Source: Nanobdellota archaeon (GTDB lineage: Archaea > Nanobdellota > Nanobdellia > Pacearchaeales > GW2011-AR1). From it: a DNA stretch of 64,000 bases. The stretch covers positions 101,175-165,174 of the forward strand of contig JBBSYF010000001.1 of assembly GCA_038045405.1 (NCBI GenBank), read 5' to 3'. Shown here one piece after another: positions 56,349 to 64,000 of this stretch. A model generated the notes under the pieces. It did not search any database. It saw nothing but the letters and a program-made list of their open reading frames with translations, and was not told the origin of the DNA. How positions within the stretch are numbered: position 1 is the stretch's first letter; each line of letters starts with the position of its first letter. Both the position numbers and the translations under genes were made by a program.

Positions 56349-57038
56349 TTATTCTGCCTTTGATTTTATCTTCTTTTTCTTTTTTAATACTTTTTCAACT
56401 GGATTGTTTATGGCTTCTACATTCTTTCTTATTTTTTCTAAAAGTTTGTCATTAACGTCTATCTTATCTTTCAAATCTGCATCTGGAGAAAGAATACTCA
56501 CTTTTACTCCAACAGTTCCAGGTCTAGTTTGAGCAACAGCTTGTGCTCTGTCCACAACTTTTGCACTATCTCCCGTTTTCTTAAGATAACCTTGCGCGAA
56601 TCTCCATGTTTTAGCTCTTGAACTAGGAAGTTTACCGCTCAATCTTATTTCAGTACCAAGTGCACCTGCATTCATTATTCTCTGCAAAGTTTTGTATGCA
56701 ATTACCTTGAACTTTAAAGGGCCAAATCTTTCAAGGCTCAATGCAATTTCGTCGGCCATTATCTGAGCATCAAACTCAGCGTTTCTTATTTCGTCTATTT
56801 CTATGTGGGGATTTTCCAGATTAAATTTGCTCTTCAATATTTTTGTAAGTTCATCTATCTTTTCTCCACCTCTACCAATAATCAATCCTGGTCTATTTGT
56901 TGAAATAATAATCTTTTCTCCAACAGGAGTGTATTCTATCTTAACTTTACTAACTTTTCCTTTTCCAAGAGAATTTCTTACATATTCACGAATAGCAAAC
57001 TCTTCTTTTTTGAACTTTATGATATTTTTTTCTTCCAT
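56349..57038 (-). CDS. rps3: 30S ribosomal protein S3 (uS3)
   Basis: KH domain (LIIGRGGEKI) followed by a C-terminal S3 domain. Confidence 0.85.
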   Translation of the reverse strand: MEEKNIIKFKKEEFAIREYVRNSLGKGKVSKVKIEYTPVGEKIIISTNRPGLIIGRGGEKIDELTKILKSKFNLENPHIEIDEIRNAEFDAQIMADEIALSLERFGPLKFKVIAYKTLQRIMNAGALGTEIRLSGKLPSSRAKTWRFAQGYLKKTGDSAKVVDRAQAVAQTRPGTVGVKVSILSPDADLKDKIDVNDKLLEKIRKNVEAINNPVEKVLKKKKKIKSKAE

Positions 57039-57039
57039 T

Positions 57040-57606
57040 TTATTTTTTATTTTTTACCTTTTCCGCAACATCTTTTGCAACAATCTTGATGTGAGTTCTC
57101 TTTTTTCTAACTGAGCCAAACCTTCCCATGACCTTCATACCAATATTTGGAACAGCTTCAACAATGACTGGATTTTCTAATCCATTGTAATTTGAGTTTG
57201 CTTTAAGACTTTTCAACAGTTTTATGAAATTTTCTGAAGCCTTTTTTGGGTATCTACCAGACATCATTCCCTTGCCCTTTCTGTGTGGAATTTCTCCAGT
57301 CATAGGAACGATTTTCTTAAATTTAAGGACTGCTTCCAAATCTTTGATTGCATCTTCAATTTTCTTTCCTCTAATGAACCTGCAGATTGCAGATGAATCT
57401 TTTGTTGAAATAGGAATGTTTTCTGCCATTACAACAGCTTCTGTTTTCTTTGGCCTTTCATGAACATGTTTCTTAACTTCTTTTTTCTCAGATTTTGTTT
57501 CCGTTTTCTCTTGATTTTCTAATTCTACCTTTTCTTCTTTCTCTTCTCTTTCTTCAACTTTCTCTATTCCTTCTTCAAGATTTTTTTCTGTTTTACTTTT
57601 TGTCAT
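57040..57606 (-). CDS. rpl22: 50S ribosomal protein L22 (uL22) with an acidic N-terminal extension
   Basis: Core ...AICRFIRGKKIEDAI..L...; an E/K-rich N-terminal segment of about 50 aa. Confidence 0.8.
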   Translation of the reverse strand: MTKSKTEKNLEEGIEKVEEREEKEEKVELENQEKTETKSEKKEVKKHVHERPKKTEAVVMAENIPISTKDSSAICRFIRGKKIEDAIKDLEAVLKFKKIVPMTGEIPHRKGKGMMSGRYPKKASENFIKLLKSLKANSNYNGLENPVIVEAVPNIGMKVMGRFGSVRKKRTHIKIVAKDVAEKVKNKK

Positions 57607-57608
57607 TT

Positions 57609-58037
57609 TTATTTTTTAGACTTGGATTTACTTCCTTTGGTTGCTCCAATACCTGCTTTACTGTGCTTTACTCTTGATCTTGTTAAGGCGAATTCTCCAA
57701 AGGTATGCCCTATCATTTCTCCAATTACGATGACTGGAAAAAATGTTTTTCCATTATGCATATCAATTTTCATTCCAACCATTTCTGGGACTATGATGAG
57801 ATCTCTTTGATGAGTTCTTATTGGTTTACCCTTACTTATCTTGACTTTTGCTCTGTTAACAAAATCTTCAATCACTTGGAACTGTCTAAGAACCGTTCTT
57901 CTCTGTCTTGCCTTTAAATATTTAGCAAACTCTCTAACGTCGAGTTTTTTAAGCTCTTCAAGACTTTTACCTCTGTATGTAAAGTCCTTCTTCTTCAGTT
58001 CTACTATTTCCGTTTCTTCGTTTTCCATTTTATCCAT
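57609..58037 (-). CDS. rps19: 30S ribosomal protein S19 (uS19)
   Basis: ...HNGK.F..V.V...MIGH.FGEFA.TR... Confidence 0.85.
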   Translation of the reverse strand: MDKMENEETEIVELKKKDFTYRGKSLEELKKLDVREFAKYLKARQRRTVLRQFQVIEDFVNRAKVKISKGKPIRTHQRDLIIVPEMVGMKIDMHNGKTFFPVIVIGEMIGHTFGEFALTRSRVKHSKAGIGATKGSKSKSKK

Positions 58038-58728
58038 GATACCCCGTTTGTTTTGGTCTTAAGTGTCCAACTCTTCTTCCTGGAGGAGCGTTTCTCTTTG
58101 CAATCTTACTCTTTGGATTCTTTCCTCTACCAGAGCCGAATGGGTGATCGATAACATTCATTTTAACTGCAGAAGTTCTTGGCCATAATTTTCCTCTGGA
58201 AGTTTTTATGTGGAAGTTTTTACCGGCCTTCAATATTGGTTTGTCTAGTCTTCCTGCTCCAGCAACAACTCCAATAAATGCTCGACATCTTTTATGGAAG
58301 CTTTTTTCTTTTTTCGAAGGCATTAAAACATAAACTTCTTCCCCAACAACTTTGTTAACAACCCCGTAACTTCCAGCAGTTTTTATGAAAACTCCGCCGT
58401 CACCAGGTCTAGACTCTATATTGTAAACCTGTGTTTTTATAGGAATATTTCCTAGCTCCAGAAGATTTCCTTCTGCAACAGTTTCCCCGCTGAGATTTAT
58501 CTTTTGTCCTTCTACCATTCCTTTGAATGCCGGCATGTAAAAGATACCCTTGCTGTAAATAATCTTAGCTAAGGGGGCAGTGTGAGCTGGGGAGTTTACT
58601 AATTTCAAAACAGTTCCTTCTCCTGAAAGTTTTGAAGGATATGTAACTTCGAATCTGAAAGCTCTTCTTCTAACTCTGTAGGTTCCGCTTCCGTGTCCTC
58701 GTGCTTGTGATACAATTCTTTTACCCAT
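58030..58728 (-). CDS. rpl2: 50S ribosomal protein L2 (uL2)
   Basis: ...GRNAPPGRRVGH... and conserved SH3-like/OB regions. Confidence 0.9.
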   Translation of the reverse strand: MGKRIVSQARGHGSGTYRVRRRAFRFEVTYPSKLSGEGTVLKLVNSPAHTAPLAKIIYSKGIFYMPAFKGMVEGQKINLSGETVAEGNLLELGNIPIKTQVYNIESRPGDGGVFIKTAGSYGVVNKVVGEEVYVLMPSKKEKSFHKRCRAFIGVVAGAGRLDKPILKAGKNFHIKTSRGKLWPRTSAVKMNVIDHPFGSGRGKNPKSKIAKRNAPPGRRVGHLRPKQTGYHG

Positions 58729-59046
58729 TTAAGAATACTTTGCCTCCAATTCTTTCATCAATAATTTATATTCGGATAATAGTTCAGGGTCCATGTTTGC
58801 ACTACCATAAGTCACCACATTTGCAAGAGTATGCTCGTCCAAGGTTAAATGTCTCTTTGATAATCTGCGAACACTTTCTCTGCCAAACTTAATCTTATGA
58901 ACAAGTCTTGATGTTGATGACCCACTGGTTGCTGCAATTATCTCAACAGTTCCATCTCCGTCTTTTCTGCTGCAATATCCCATCCCATAACCAGCGACGG
59001 ACATCTTGCTTCCCACTTTTATATCTTCAAATTTAATTACATTCAT
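58729..59046 (-). CDS. hypothetical 105-aa protein inserted between rpl23 and rpl2
   Basis: The ORF is directly abutted by the rpl23 stop and the rpl2 start, which implies co-transcription. Family not recognised. Confidence 0.4.
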   Translation of the reverse strand: MNVIKFEDIKVGSKMSVAGYGMGYCSRKDGDGTVEIIAATSGSSTSRLVHKIKFGRESVRRLSKRHLTLDEHTLANVVTYGSANMDPELLSEYKLLMKELEAKYS

Positions 59047-59047
59047 T

Positions 59048-59296
59048 TTATATTATCCCAAGTTTCGTAGCTATGTCTAAAGCTGGAAACTCCTTCTTTA
59101 ATTTAACATAAGCAAACTTCTTGTTGTCTTTAACCAATGTTCTAATTTTTTCAACTTTAACATCGAACAAAGATTCAATTTCTTTTTTTATGCTTTCTTT
59201 TGTTGCTGCTTTCTCTGTTTTAAATGTAAGAACATTTTCTCTTTCGATAAGCATAACTGCTTTTTCTGTTACTATTGGTTTTAAATTGAAGTTCAT
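59048..59296 (-). CDS. rpl23: 50S ribosomal protein L23 (uL23)
   Basis: ...KPIVTEKA......N.L.F.V...A.K..IK.....F.VKV.. Confidence 0.8.
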   Translation of the reverse strand: MNFNLKPIVTEKAVMLIERENVLTFKTEKAATKESIKKEIESLFDVKVEKIRTLVKDNKKFAYVKLKKEFPALDIATKLGII

Positions 59297-60090
59297 TTTA
59301 GTTTTTCACCTAATTCCTTTATTGCAGTCTCGGTGTAGACGGTTAGTCTTCCTAAACCACCTTGTGCTAGGTCATTTACATTCAAGTTGTGGGTGTTCTT
59401 CACTTCGAAAATTTTTGCTTTAGCTTTTTCACTCTTTCCGACAACCAAAAGCATGCCCGCACTATTCTTGTACCTTCTTCCTCTACGCTTTCCCTTCCCA
59501 CTTCTAATTTTTTTACTTCCTAATGCAATTTCAGATATTTTTTCTCCAAGTATTTTTTTAACACTGTTAACTAACTCTTTTGTTTTTAATGAGAGGAACT
59601 TTGAATCAACAACAAGAGGTAATTCCTTCATATCTTTCTCAACAATTCTTGAATATCTTGCTACCATTGTCTTTTCGTTTGCAGTAGCATTTATTGCTGA
59701 GATAAGTGCGAGGTTCATTTCTCTTTTATTTATTTTTTTAGTATTAATCATAGAGATAACTTTTGGAGGATGTGCTCTTCTTCCACCTCTTGTGGAGGCA
59801 ATTTCTGCTCCTACCCAATTAAATTGCGTTCCTCTTCCAGACATTATTTTCCTTGGAACTCTCGAAATTCCTTTTCCATACGCAGTTCTCCATTTTCTTC
59901 TTGCGTGTCTTATGATTCCTGAAGCAGAATGTTGTTTACCTGCAATAAGTGAAGGAGCATATGGGTGCATTGTCTTACTTGCTTCAAGAACTTTTGACAC
60001 TATATCTTCTCTTATTCTCTCTGAGAAAAAACTAGGAAGTTCCATTTCTTTTGTCTTCTTTCCTTCGGTGTCAAATATTTTTATTTTCAT
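59293..60090 (-). CDS. rpl4: 50S ribosomal protein L4 (uL4)
   Basis: ...RSGKGKRRGRRY... loop plus position in the operon. Confidence 0.85.
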   Translation of the reverse strand: MKIKIFDTEGKKTKEMELPSFFSERIREDIVSKVLEASKTMHPYAPSLIAGKQHSASGIIRHARRKWRTAYGKGISRVPRKIMSGRGTQFNWVGAEIASTRGGRRAHPPKVISMINTKKINKREMNLALISAINATANEKTMVARYSRIVEKDMKELPLVVDSKFLSLKTKELVNSVKKILGEKISEIALGSKKIRSGKGKRRGRRYKNSAGMLLVVGKSEKAKAKIFEVKNTHNLNVNDLAQGGLGRLTVYTETAIKELGEKLK

Positions 60091-60092
60091 TT

Positions 60093-61046
60093 TTATCTTA
60101 GTTCTATAAACTCAAATTTTTTCTTTCCTTGTTTTTTAGTTTCTCTTAAGGGGAAAGTAGCAACAAGTTGTCTTTTTGGAGGGCCTTGTACAGAACCCTT
60201 AACAAGAATGTAGTCTGTTTTCAGGTCTCCAAAATTATGAATATTACTCAAGCCTTTTTTCCCTTCAGATTTTCCCATGTCAACTATTGTGTTATTGTAT
60301 GAAACTCTCGTAAACATTCCATACTGCCCTGCCATTGGTGCTCTGAATGTAGTTCTCGCAGGATGCCAAGGTCCTAAGCTTCCGGGACGTCTAACACCCT
60401 TTTCAGACTTATGTGACTTTAATGTGATTCCAAATCTCTTAACTGGTCCTGAAAGCCCCCTCCCAGTTGTTAAACCCCTGAAATCAACTAACTGTCCTCC
60501 TTTGAAGACACTTGAAATGGAAATTTCTTTTCCAAGATTTTCTTTTACAAATTCAAGTTTTTCGTCGAGACTTCCAGTCAATCCAATTTCACTTAAATCA
60601 GGAGTTTTCTTGATGTTTGTTTTTTTAACTTGCGAATAACATATAACTTTGATGTCGTCATACTCTTCTCTTTTAACACTATCAACCTTTCCATGCTTAC
60701 CTTTTGCCATTATCACTTTTCTTCTCATTTCTTTGTCAAGGTTTTCAGAAAGAATTTCTTTTGCAGGGATTCCGTCTTTGTAAAATCTTACAGAGAAAAT
60801 CTTCATCGTTGGGCACTCTAAAATTGTTACAGGAAGAACAATTTTCTTTCCCTTAGTCATAGAATGTTCGGTGTTGTCTTTCACATAAGCAGAGGCCATT
60901 CCTGCTTTGTAACATATGAATCCTTTAAGTCCTTTAAGATTTTTTTCAGAATCAATAGCACCCCAGTTAACTCTAGGCAAAAATTTTCTGGCCCTTTTCC
61001 TTGGCCAAAATTGCAAGCTTCCTTTCCTTGGTGTTCGTGTTGACAT
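60093..61046 (-). CDS. rpl3: 50S ribosomal protein L3 (uL3)
   Basis: N-terminal PRKGSLQFWPRKRA...; first gene of the operon. Confidence 0.9.
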   Translation of the reverse strand: MSTRTPRKGSLQFWPRKRARKFLPRVNWGAIDSEKNLKGLKGFICYKAGMASAYVKDNTEHSMTKGKKIVLPVTILECPTMKIFSVRFYKDGIPAKEILSENLDKEMRRKVIMAKGKHGKVDSVKREEYDDIKVICYSQVKKTNIKKTPDLSEIGLTGSLDEKLEFVKENLGKEISISSVFKGGQLVDFRGLTTGRGLSGPVKRFGITLKSHKSEKGVRRPGSLGPWHPARTTFRAPMAGQYGMFTRVSYNNTIVDMGKSEGKKGLSNIHNFGDLKTDYILVKGSVQGPPKRQLVATFPLRETKKQGKKKFEFIELR

Positions 61047-61196
61047 TTGTTATTGTTATACTGTTAGTACTGATAGCGGTTTTCATTTTACCTTCCCTGG
61101 AATATAATACCAAGAAAAAAGGGGTTTTTAAATCTTTTTTAGGCGTTGCGGGAGAGATGTATTGTAACATTAAAAGGATTTAATTAGGCTAGAAAA

Positions 61197-61451
61197 TTAA
61201 TCAAACATTCCTTTTCCCATCCGTGTTTGAATATACTCCAATAATTTCGGACTATTTTTAACTATCAATTTTCCTTTTATTCTTATTGCTTCTTTAAGCA
61301 CCATAGTTCTTTGACCGCCACTTCCTCTTTGAGATTTTGTTCTTTCTGTGTACAAAGGAGTAACTAAAACTAATGTGTAAGGACTTATATCATCTTCTTC
61401 ACATTCCATAACAATTCCATCTGCCCCTTTTAACCAATTATCAGTTTCCAT
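61197..61451 (-). CDS. hypothetical protein
   Basis: 84 aa ORF upstream of the ribosomal operon; no recognised family. Confidence 0.25.
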   Translation of the reverse strand: METDNWLKGADGIVMECEEDDISPYTLVLVTPLYTERTKSQRGSGGQRTMVLKEAIRIKGKLIVKNSPKLLEYIQTRMGKGMFD

Positions 61452-61553
61452 TATGTAAAACCATTTAAAGAGTTTTTATTCCCCAATCTCTTTTTTCCCA
61501 TCTCACAATACTTTTTATCAATCTCTATGTTTATGCTGTTTCGGTCCAATTTA

Positions 61554-61754
61554 TTACAATCCACCTTTGAAGCCTCTTAATACCCATAAAATTAAAGCAA
61601 TAACTGTGGCTATCACAAATATTAAACCAATAACGAATAACAAACCTGTCGAATCTGTGCTACTAGAACTTAGAAATAAAAATCCAACAAATATCAAAAC
61701 GGTAGCACCAATTAATGTGCTTATTATGGTCTTAATGTTACCTTTTGAGTTCAT
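61554..61754 (-). CDS. small two-TM hypothetical membrane protein
   Basis: 66 aa ORF with two hydrophobic helices, overlapped by an antisense ORF of similar size. Confidence 0.2.
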   Translation of the reverse strand: MNSKGNIKTIISTLIGATVLIFVGFLFLSSSSTDSTGLLFVIGLIFVIATVIALILWVLRGFKGGL

Positions 61755-61772
61755 ATCTTAATTACCTCCTTT

Positions 61773-63350
61773 TTATTCATCTCGTTTTGCTCTCACTGCA
61801 GCTAATTTTTTGTTTAATTCTTCCATATCTTTTTGTATTTTTTCTTCCTCATCGAATGCTCTCATAATCTCTCCTGTTCTTCTCAAAATCATATCTCTCA
61901 GCACAAAAATCCTGCTCTTATCCTCGCCCCTCTCTTTTACCATAATCTCAGCAATACCTTCAGCAATGTTAATTGTAGCGTAGAATATTGAATCTTTTGT
62001 TGCAGAGAAAGCAGGGAAAATTACGTTTGTAAATATTTCAATACCTTTCTCATCACTTAAAGAAACTTGCTTTACTATGCTCTTGTCTTCTAAATCGACA
62101 AACTTGTGGGTGTATCTAAACTTTTTCCCATTAATTGTGAGTTCATATTTTTTCTTATTATGTGTTTTTTTTGGATTTCTTTCCCTTTCTGTTTCTGGTT
62201 CTTTGACTTCTTGGATAACTGAAACCTCTTGCCGTTCTCTCTTTTCTATTTCAGTGTCTATTTTTTTATTTTTTCCACTCTGACTCAGAGGAGTTGCATA
62301 ACTTTTTAGTTCAGGTGTGTTTTTGATGGCTCTCGCAATTATATCCTCCTGGACACTCATTTTTTCTTCCAAAGCAGGGCTAATTTTTGAAACTGTATCG
62401 TATTTCCTTGCTTTAGCCAAAAAGGGCTTTACCTGTTCCCTCATTTTAGTTTCAAACTCAAAATACTCTCCAGACTCTTTAATCCACTCTCTTTTGTTGT
62501 GTGTAACAGGTATACCTTCAACAAAAATTTCTCCTGCAATTCTTCTAGCATCTGGGTGAGGACTGAATCCTATTTTATCATGTTGTGTAATCAGTCTGTT
62601 GTGCCTATAAGTGTTAAAACCATAAAATCCTTTATTTCCTGAATAACCACTTTTCATCAAACCAATCCAACCTTTTATTACTCCTCCACTAGACAATTTA
62701 AAAGAAAATTCTGACTTTCCATCTTCGGTAAGCTCCTGTTCTACAGGGAGACATAAACTATTGTTAACCTTTAATATTATTTCACCACTAGAGATATAAG
62801 GTCCGAATCTTAACGCCAAATCTTCTTTCACATTAGTTACCAAGTTAGGGTAATATTTAATTTTCAACTTATCAACAGTAATTTTAGTGCCAGTTTCATT
62901 AGGGGATGTCTTTTGAATTCTCATTGGATGCTTATTCCAATCTCCCCTTTTTAACCAATCATCTTCGTCAAATTCTAAAACAAATCTTTTATCATTCTTT
63001 CTTTGTGTGGTATCAATAACAAATCTTTTTCCTAAACTCTGACAAGATGTTTTCAGACCCAAACCAAACTCTCCTAACTTGTTCTTTTTTTCAGAGTGGG
63101 CTAATTTTAGAGATTTAGCTGCGTTGTTTTCGTCCATTCCCATCCCATCATCATTTACTTCAATAAAATCTTTATTCAACAAAATATTCACATTAAGCAC
63201 TGCATCATCAAATCTGGCATCTATTGAATTGTCGACCAGTTCCGAGATTGCCTGACTAACACTATATCCTGCCTGACCAATTTTTGGCATTAAACTTTTG
63301 TCAGGAGTTATGTCAATCTGTTTGATTTCATCTGTTTCTGTGTTTTGCAT
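61773..63350 (-). CDS. GHKL-superfamily ATPase (MORC/paraMORC-like HATPase_c)
   Basis: Bergerat-fold motifs: N box ELVDNSIDA, G1 box DDGMGMD, G2 box GEFGLGLKTS. A C-terminal region of about 200 aa has unknown function. Confidence 0.65.
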   Translation of the reverse strand: MQNTETDEIKQIDITPDKSLMPKIGQAGYSVSQAISELVDNSIDARFDDAVLNVNILLNKDFIEVNDDGMGMDENNAAKSLKLAHSEKKNKLGEFGLGLKTSCQSLGKRFVIDTTQRKNDKRFVLEFDEDDWLKRGDWNKHPMRIQKTSPNETGTKITVDKLKIKYYPNLVTNVKEDLALRFGPYISSGEIILKVNNSLCLPVEQELTEDGKSEFSFKLSSGGVIKGWIGLMKSGYSGNKGFYGFNTYRHNRLITQHDKIGFSPHPDARRIAGEIFVEGIPVTHNKREWIKESGEYFEFETKMREQVKPFLAKARKYDTVSKISPALEEKMSVQEDIIARAIKNTPELKSYATPLSQSGKNKKIDTEIEKRERQEVSVIQEVKEPETERERNPKKTHNKKKYELTINGKKFRYTHKFVDLEDKSIVKQVSLSDEKGIEIFTNVIFPAFSATKDSIFYATINIAEGIAEIMVKERGEDKSRIFVLRDMILRRTGEIMRAFDEEEKIQKDMEELNKKLAAVRAKRDE

Positions 63351-63436
63351 AGATATGCAAATAAGATATAACTATTTAAATGTTTCTATATTCGAGTCGG
63401 AATATAAGATTTAGAATTTCTTATAAAGGTATTATC

Positions 63437-63994
63437 TTATATCTCAAAATCCTTTTCAGTCTTTACTTCCTTACCATCAACATTAGTGGTTCTAATGATT
63501 TTTCCTTTTCTTTTAGCCATCTCACGGATTTTGGCATAATCTGTTTCTCCCTTAGGCATAACAATGCCTGTTATTATTAGTCTATGCTCAACACTTGCTT
63601 TTTTACAGTCCGGCAAATCCCAGAAAAAGTCCTCTCTTGCTTGCCCAAAGTATTTTTCATCAATTTCCATCTGGCAGAATTTATCGTCTATTTTTCCTTC
63701 ACTTTTTCCTGGCTTTGGTAGTTTGGCCTTTATTCTTAATTTTAGCCCGTTACCATCTGCATTCAGAAGAAAGCAATAAACCTGCGGTGCAATCTTTTTT
63801 ATTTGACTGCTTGGCATGTCTTTAACTTCATAAATTATTTTTCCCTCTTTCTTCTTTCCAGAAAGCCCAGGAATATCTTGCCTACTCCATATAGTTCCGT
63901 AAAAATTTGCTTCTCCTAAATTAGCAACAAATAAAGTAAAATCATTTGCATACTCAAAACTTCCCTTAATCTTTACGTTTTTTGTTCTCCACAA
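63437..63994 (-). CDS. hypothetical protein upstream of the GHKL ATPase (possible PD-(D/E)xK-like nuclease)
   Basis: 185 aa ORF, apparently co-oriented with the ATPase in an operon. A D...(15)...EVK spacing (RQDIP...IIYEVKD) is weakly suggestive of a restriction-endonuclease-like core. Confidence 0.3.
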   Translation of the reverse strand: MWRTKNVKIKGSFEYANDFTLFVANLGEANFYGTIWSRQDIPGLSGKKKEGKIIYEVKDMPSSQIKKIAPQVYCFLLNADGNGLKLRIKAKLPKPGKSEGKIDDKFCQMEIDEKYFGQAREDFFWDLPDCKKASVEHRLIITGIVMPKGETDYAKIREMAKRKGKIIRTTNVDGKEVKTEKDFEI

Positions 63995-64000
63995 TCCAAG

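Overview
This is an AT-rich archaeal contig, read by gene content as a small-genome (DPANN-like) archaeon; both the lineage call and all family assignments below come from motif recognition by eye and are not database-verified. It uses the standard genetic code: TAG, TGA and TAA all terminate well-conserved ribosomal genes. The window holds two conserved archaeal information-processing operons on the minus strand. The first is rpl18e-rpl13-rps9 together with rps13-rps4-rps11-rpoD and rpl21e-rpoF-DUF655 at about 3.4-9.3 kb. The second is the large rpl3...rpl15-secY superoperon at about 47.7-61.0 kb, which includes rps4e, rpl32e, rpl19e and aSUI1. Between them lie an orphan 5S rRNA, four tRNAs (one with a canonical 37/38 intron), secF-secD, a free-standing LAGLIDADG homing-endonuclease-like gene, and a roughly 29 kb cell-surface glycosylation island at 16.3-45.5 kb. 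The island ends with the N-glycosylation genes aglB (oligosaccharyltransferase) and an aglH-like GlcNAc-1-P transferase. It also carries a flippase, a CDP-alcohol phosphatidyltransferase, a B12-binding radical-SAM enzyme, LicC-like and MobA/IspD-like cytidylyltransferases (two tandem paralogous domains fused to an IMPase domain and to an APH/ChoK-like kinase domain), a class V aminotransferase, a KdsC-like phosphatase, a GatZ-like protein, an SDR, a cupin, a Gfo/Idh/MocA-FAD oxidoreductase fusion, several GT1/GT2/GT9 glycosyltransferases, an FkbM methyltransferase and sugar-nucleotide epimerases. Items worth a second look are listed in the findings: the kinase-cytidylyltransferase-phosphatase module, the possible phosphonate/radical-SAM decoration genes, a MORC-like GHKL ATPase two-gene cassette at the 3' edge, two unexplained small ORFs inserted into otherwise invariant ribosomal operons, a DEDDh exonuclease interrupted by an in-frame TAG next to a tRNA and a recombinase-domain relic, and a tRNA-Leu with an apparent A34 anticodon.
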